Below the pieces are notes generated by a model. It ran no database searches. It saw nothing but the letters and a program-made list of their open reading frames with translations, and was not told the origin of the DNA. Of a stretch of DNA of 39,461 nt, positions 36,620-39,461 are shown piece by piece (within the stretch, counting starts at the first letter, position 1; each line of letters starts with the position of its first letter). Source of the stretch: Candidatus Woesearchaeota archaeon (GTDB taxonomy: Archaea; Nanobdellota; Nanobdellia; SCGC-AAA011-G17; CAYFGV01); NCBI GenBank assembly GCA_964342845.1, contig CAYFGV010000006.1:1-39461 (forward strand), given 5' to 3'. Made by a program: the position numbers and the translations under genes.

Positions 36620-37320
36620 TTTGTTGCCTCCTCATAAGATTCTTTTAATGCTTGTTTCTGAACCTTGTATATTTCTTTACAAGATTTTTTTGCTAGTTCT
36701 AATGCTTGTATTAATTCTTCTTTTGTTATATCTCCATCTAATTGTAATAGTGTAATTTCTCCTGTTCTAGGAACTACTGCTACAGGAATATCTGTAGCAC
36801 CATCTTCATGGTCTTCTTCTAGTTTGTCTAAATCAACAAGAACTTTGTCTGATACTTTTCCTACTGAAACAGATGCAATTAAATCTCTCATAGGAATTCC
36901 TGCATCTGCTAATGCTAATGCAGCAGCACATATTCCTGCGCATCTTGTTCCTGCATCTGCCTGGGTTATGTTAATGAAGATATCAACTACAGTGCCTGGA
37001 AAGTTAGATAGATCAACTACAGGTAATAATGATTTCTCTGTAACGCTTGATATTTCTACTGATCTTCTGCTTGGTCCTGGTCTTTTTCTTTCTGTTACTG
37101 AAAAACTCATTAAATCGTAAAAGCATCTTAAAACACCTTTTTGAGGGTTTTGTTTAAAGCTAGGGTATAATTCTCTAGGGCCATGGACTGATGCATATGC
37201 AATTGTTTTTCCTATACTAAACATAGCTGAGCCATTTGCTCTTTTAATTACTCCTACTTTTGCTTTCATTTCTCTAGTTTGGTCAAATTCTCTTTTATCA
37301 AATCTTTGTGTATATGCCAT
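36616..37320 (-). CDS. rrp41: Exosome RNase PH subunit Rrp41
   Basis: ANGSA, GPRE, RKRPGPSRRSVEIS, ADAGTRCAG, LADAGIPM, LLQLDG. Confidence 0.96.
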   Translation of the reverse strand: MAYTQRFDKREFDQTREMKAKVGVIKRANGSAMFSIGKTIAYASVHGPRELYPSFKQNPQKGVLRCFYDLMSFSVTERKRPGPSRRSVEISSVTEKSLLPVVDLSNFPGTVVDIFINITQADAGTRCAGICAAALALADAGIPMRDLIASVSVGKVSDKVLVDLDKLEEDHEDGATDIPVAVVPRTGEITLLQLDGDITKEELIQALELAKKSCKEIYKVQKQALKESYEEATK

Positions 37321-37321
37321 T

Positions 37322-38005
37322 TTATTCTCCTTCTAAAAACTTTTTCATTGTATCTGTTAGTCCAGGTAAATGTGCTAATTTCTCTATTTTTCTTATTGCT
37401 TTTATTGCTAGGATTTCGTCTTCTGGTTTTTCTCCTGAAATCCAAACTTTACCGTTTTGTCCTACTAAGATATTACAATGTGTTTTTTCTTTTAATAGTG
37501 AAATCATGCTTCCTTGTTTTCCAATAATTCTTGGAACTTTTGAAGGAAGGCATTCTATTATTCTTCCATCTCTTAGTTTTCTTGCTCCTGGGGCTGTCAT
37601 AGATATATCTATGATTCTAGATCCAGCAACTTTAGTTATTTTACCTATAATTTTGTCACCATGTGTATAATATTGGGTTAAATTAGCTCCCCTTTCTACG
37701 TAATCTCTTGTTCCATCTTTTAAAGAAATATTTGCGTCAAAAGCCCAGCCGAATTTAACTCTCCATCCTGAAAGGGTTATGTCTGAGATTGATCCTATTA
37801 TGTTATCGCCTTCTTTCGGTATGTATTTTCCTTTTAATGGAATTACTTTAATTAGTCTTCCACTTAGTGTAACTAAGCCAAGTTTTGAAGAAAATATACT
37901 TTCTTCTTCTCTAAAAGATGCATCTCCTGGAATATAGTCCATGCCTTTAGCAAGTTCTTCTCCTGGAATTACAATGTCGCGTTCTTTAAATAATAATTCT
38001 CCCAT
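37322..38005 (-). CDS. rrp4: Exosome RNA-binding subunit Rrp4
   Basis: VIPGEEL, YIPKEGD (S1), KVPRIIGKQGSM and GQNGKVWI (KH). Confidence 0.96.
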   Translation of the reverse strand: MGELLFKERDIVIPGEELAKGMDYIPGDASFREEESIFSSKLGLVTLSGRLIKVIPLKGKYIPKEGDNIIGSISDITLSGWRVKFGWAFDANISLKDGTRDYVERGANLTQYYTHGDKIIGKITKVAGSRIIDISMTAPGARKLRDGRIIECLPSKVPRIIGKQGSMISLLKEKTHCNILVGQNGKVWISGEKPEDEILAIKAIRKIEKLAHLPGLTDTMKKFLEGE

Positions 38006-38014
38006 TTTATCCTC

Positions 38015-38713
38015 CTATGTTGTAGATATTATCTTTGATTCAAGATGGCCTTGAGTTATGTTGTTTAGTTTGTCAAACAGGTCTGTTTGCATACCTGCTG
38101 GAACTTCTATTGTTACTTTTAATGAGCCATCTTGTTGCCACTCTTCTTTTATTATTTTTGATTGTTGTTTTAAAACAGAATAGCATTGTCCTGTTGATTG
38201 TGCAGGGATTACTAAAAGAATAGTTCTTAATTCGTATGAGATTGGTAATATTGATCTTAATTTGTCTACTATTTGTTTTATTTGTTCTTCTGCTGGTTTA
38301 AATTCGTCAATATGGACACCAATTTCATCTATTGCTGATTCAATTCTTTGTGGTGGGTGTGGTATGTTTGTTTTTGGATCAACAGCATTTCTGTGAATTA
38401 AGGAGACTATTTCTTTCTTTCTTTCGTTTCTAAGTTTTGCTTTGTATTCTGTTGTTAATTGGATGTCTCCTTGTTTTATTATTTGTTCTGCTACTTTTAT
38501 AGGGTCTGTTGTACCAAAATGTTTTGCCACTAATTGTTCGTTTGCGTGTTCTCCTTTTTTTGAATCTTTGTAGATTTCTTCTGTGACTAAAGCTTCTTGC
38601 AAGGTTGCGTTTCCTTTTCTGAAGTCCATTGCTTTATTACAATCTACTAAAACTTCGAAATTCTCTCCTTGTTTTTTTAACCTTGCTATTACAGCTTTGT
38701 CTATGTCTACCAT
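38015..38713 (-). CDS. sdo1: Ribosome maturation factor SBDS/SDO1
   Basis: GENFEVLV, FGTTD, GDIQLT, DPKTNIPHPPQRIE. Confidence 0.95.
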   Translation of the reverse strand: MVDIDKAVIARLKKQGENFEVLVDCNKAMDFRKGNATLQEALVTEEIYKDSKKGEHANEQLVAKHFGTTDPIKVAEQIIKQGDIQLTTEYKAKLRNERKKEIVSLIHRNAVDPKTNIPHPPQRIESAIDEIGVHIDEFKPAEEQIKQIVDKLRSILPISYELRTILLVIPAQSTGQCYSVLKQQSKIIKEEWQQDGSLKVTIEVPAGMQTDLFDKLNNITQGHLESKIISTT

Positions 38714-39426
38714 TTTGTTTTTTTGATTAAATCCTTAGGTATTTTGTGGAACTTTCCAGTTGATGTACTTATGTAAGCACCATCTAATCTTTCTGGATTG
38801 AATTGTTTTCCTAGTACTTTTTCTATTGAAGTTAAAGCTAACTTTAGTGCATCATTTAAAGATAAATTTTCTTTATATTTTTTTAATAATATTTCTTTTA
38901 ATTCATCTTCTGATTCACCTATTGCAGTTGCTCTAAACTCAAAAAATATTCCTGTTGGATCTGTTACAAATAACATAGGTTTTTTGTCCTCTACACCTGC
39001 TATTAATAGTGATACTCCGAAAGGTCTTGCTCCACCGTATTGAGTAAATGCTTGTTTAAGATCACAAATATCTTTTACCAATGTTGGTATACCTATTGGT
39101 TCGTCATATGTAACTCTATGTTGTTGAGCTAAAATCTGTGCTCTTTGGATTAGTATTCTTGCGTCACTTAGTATTCCTGATGCACTTGCTCCTACGTGAT
39201 CATCTATTTGAAACACTTTTTCTATAGATTTTGCAACGATTAGTTTGTCTAGTACTCTTTTGTCTGCTAAGATTAGGACTCCGTCTCTGTATACTATTCC
39301 AATAGTGGAAGTTCCTTGTTTTACTGTTTTTTTAGCATACTCAACTTGTAATAATCTTCCGTCTGGGCTAAAAACGGTACTTGCTCTGTCATAACCCATT
39401 GCTTGATGTGCCATTGTTGGTTGCAT
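38707..39426 (-). CDS. psmA: Proteasome alpha subunit
   Basis: GYDRASTVFSPDGRLLQVEYA, TQYGGARPFGVSLL; SD GGAGGTG upstream. Confidence 0.97.
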   Translation of the reverse strand: MQPTMAHQAMGYDRASTVFSPDGRLLQVEYAKKTVKQGTSTIGIVYRDGVLILADKRVLDKLIVAKSIEKVFQIDDHVGASASGILSDARILIQRAQILAQQHRVTYDEPIGIPTLVKDICDLKQAFTQYGGARPFGVSLLIAGVEDKKPMLFVTDPTGIFFEFRATAIGESEDELKEILLKKYKENLSLNDALKLALTSIEKVLGKQFNPERLDGAYISTSTGKFHKIPKDLIKKTKW

Positions 39427-39461
39427 TTTAAATTTTCACCTCCGAGGTTTTTTTTATTGAT

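Noticed and set aside
36795..36845. Rrp41 catalytic motif reads DLDKLEED rather than DLxxxED
   Set aside because: An Asp is present one residue later and the phosphate-binding GTR is intact; inactivation cannot be claimed without an alignment
1232..39043. Many short antisense or overlapping ORFs (e.g. 1853-2179, 17834-18217, 22750-23199, 23599-23982, 36665-37120, 37308-37670)
   Set aside because: They are shadows of well-supported genes on the opposite strand, with Ser/Phe/Leu-biased composition and no motifs
39427..39443. Third copy of the lipoprotein leader upstream of psmA (aattttcacctcc)
   Set aside because: The match is limited to the extended Shine-Dalgarno GGAGGTGAAAATT and the flanks are unrelated
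1..39461. CRISPR array, IS element, integron, provirus or DGR
   Set aside because: No regularly spaced repeats, transposase, integrase, reverse transcriptase, adenine-variable repeat pair or tRNA 3' duplication was seen by eye

Overview
AT-rich archaeal chromosomal segment. Gene content and protein styles suggest a DPANN lineage such as Woesearchaeota (inference, not searched). Housekeeping genes: tsaC, mre11-rad50, malic enzyme, smc, an intron-containing tRNA-Trp(CCA), oapABC/arvABC GTPase triad, cold-shock protein, XPD helicase, and the psmA-SBDS-rrp4-rrp41-rrp42-rpoK operon. There is also a type IV pilus locus (ATPase, two platform proteins, five class III signal-peptide proteins) and many secreted or membrane-anchored surface proteins. 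Signals the ORF track misses: (1) a 1116-nt pilin-LamG gene (15908-17023) that stays in frame but carries two in-frame TAG codons and shares identical DNA tracts with a pilin 18 kb away; (2) two lipoprotein genes bracketing mre11-rad50 with near-identical promoter/UTR/SD/signal peptide and an identical terminator but unrelated cargo; (3) a 13-nt tRNA-Trp intron whose BHB helix mismatches at C34; (4) a possible +1 frameshift splitting a pilus platform gene. No CRISPR array, transposase, integrase or reverse transcriptase was seen.
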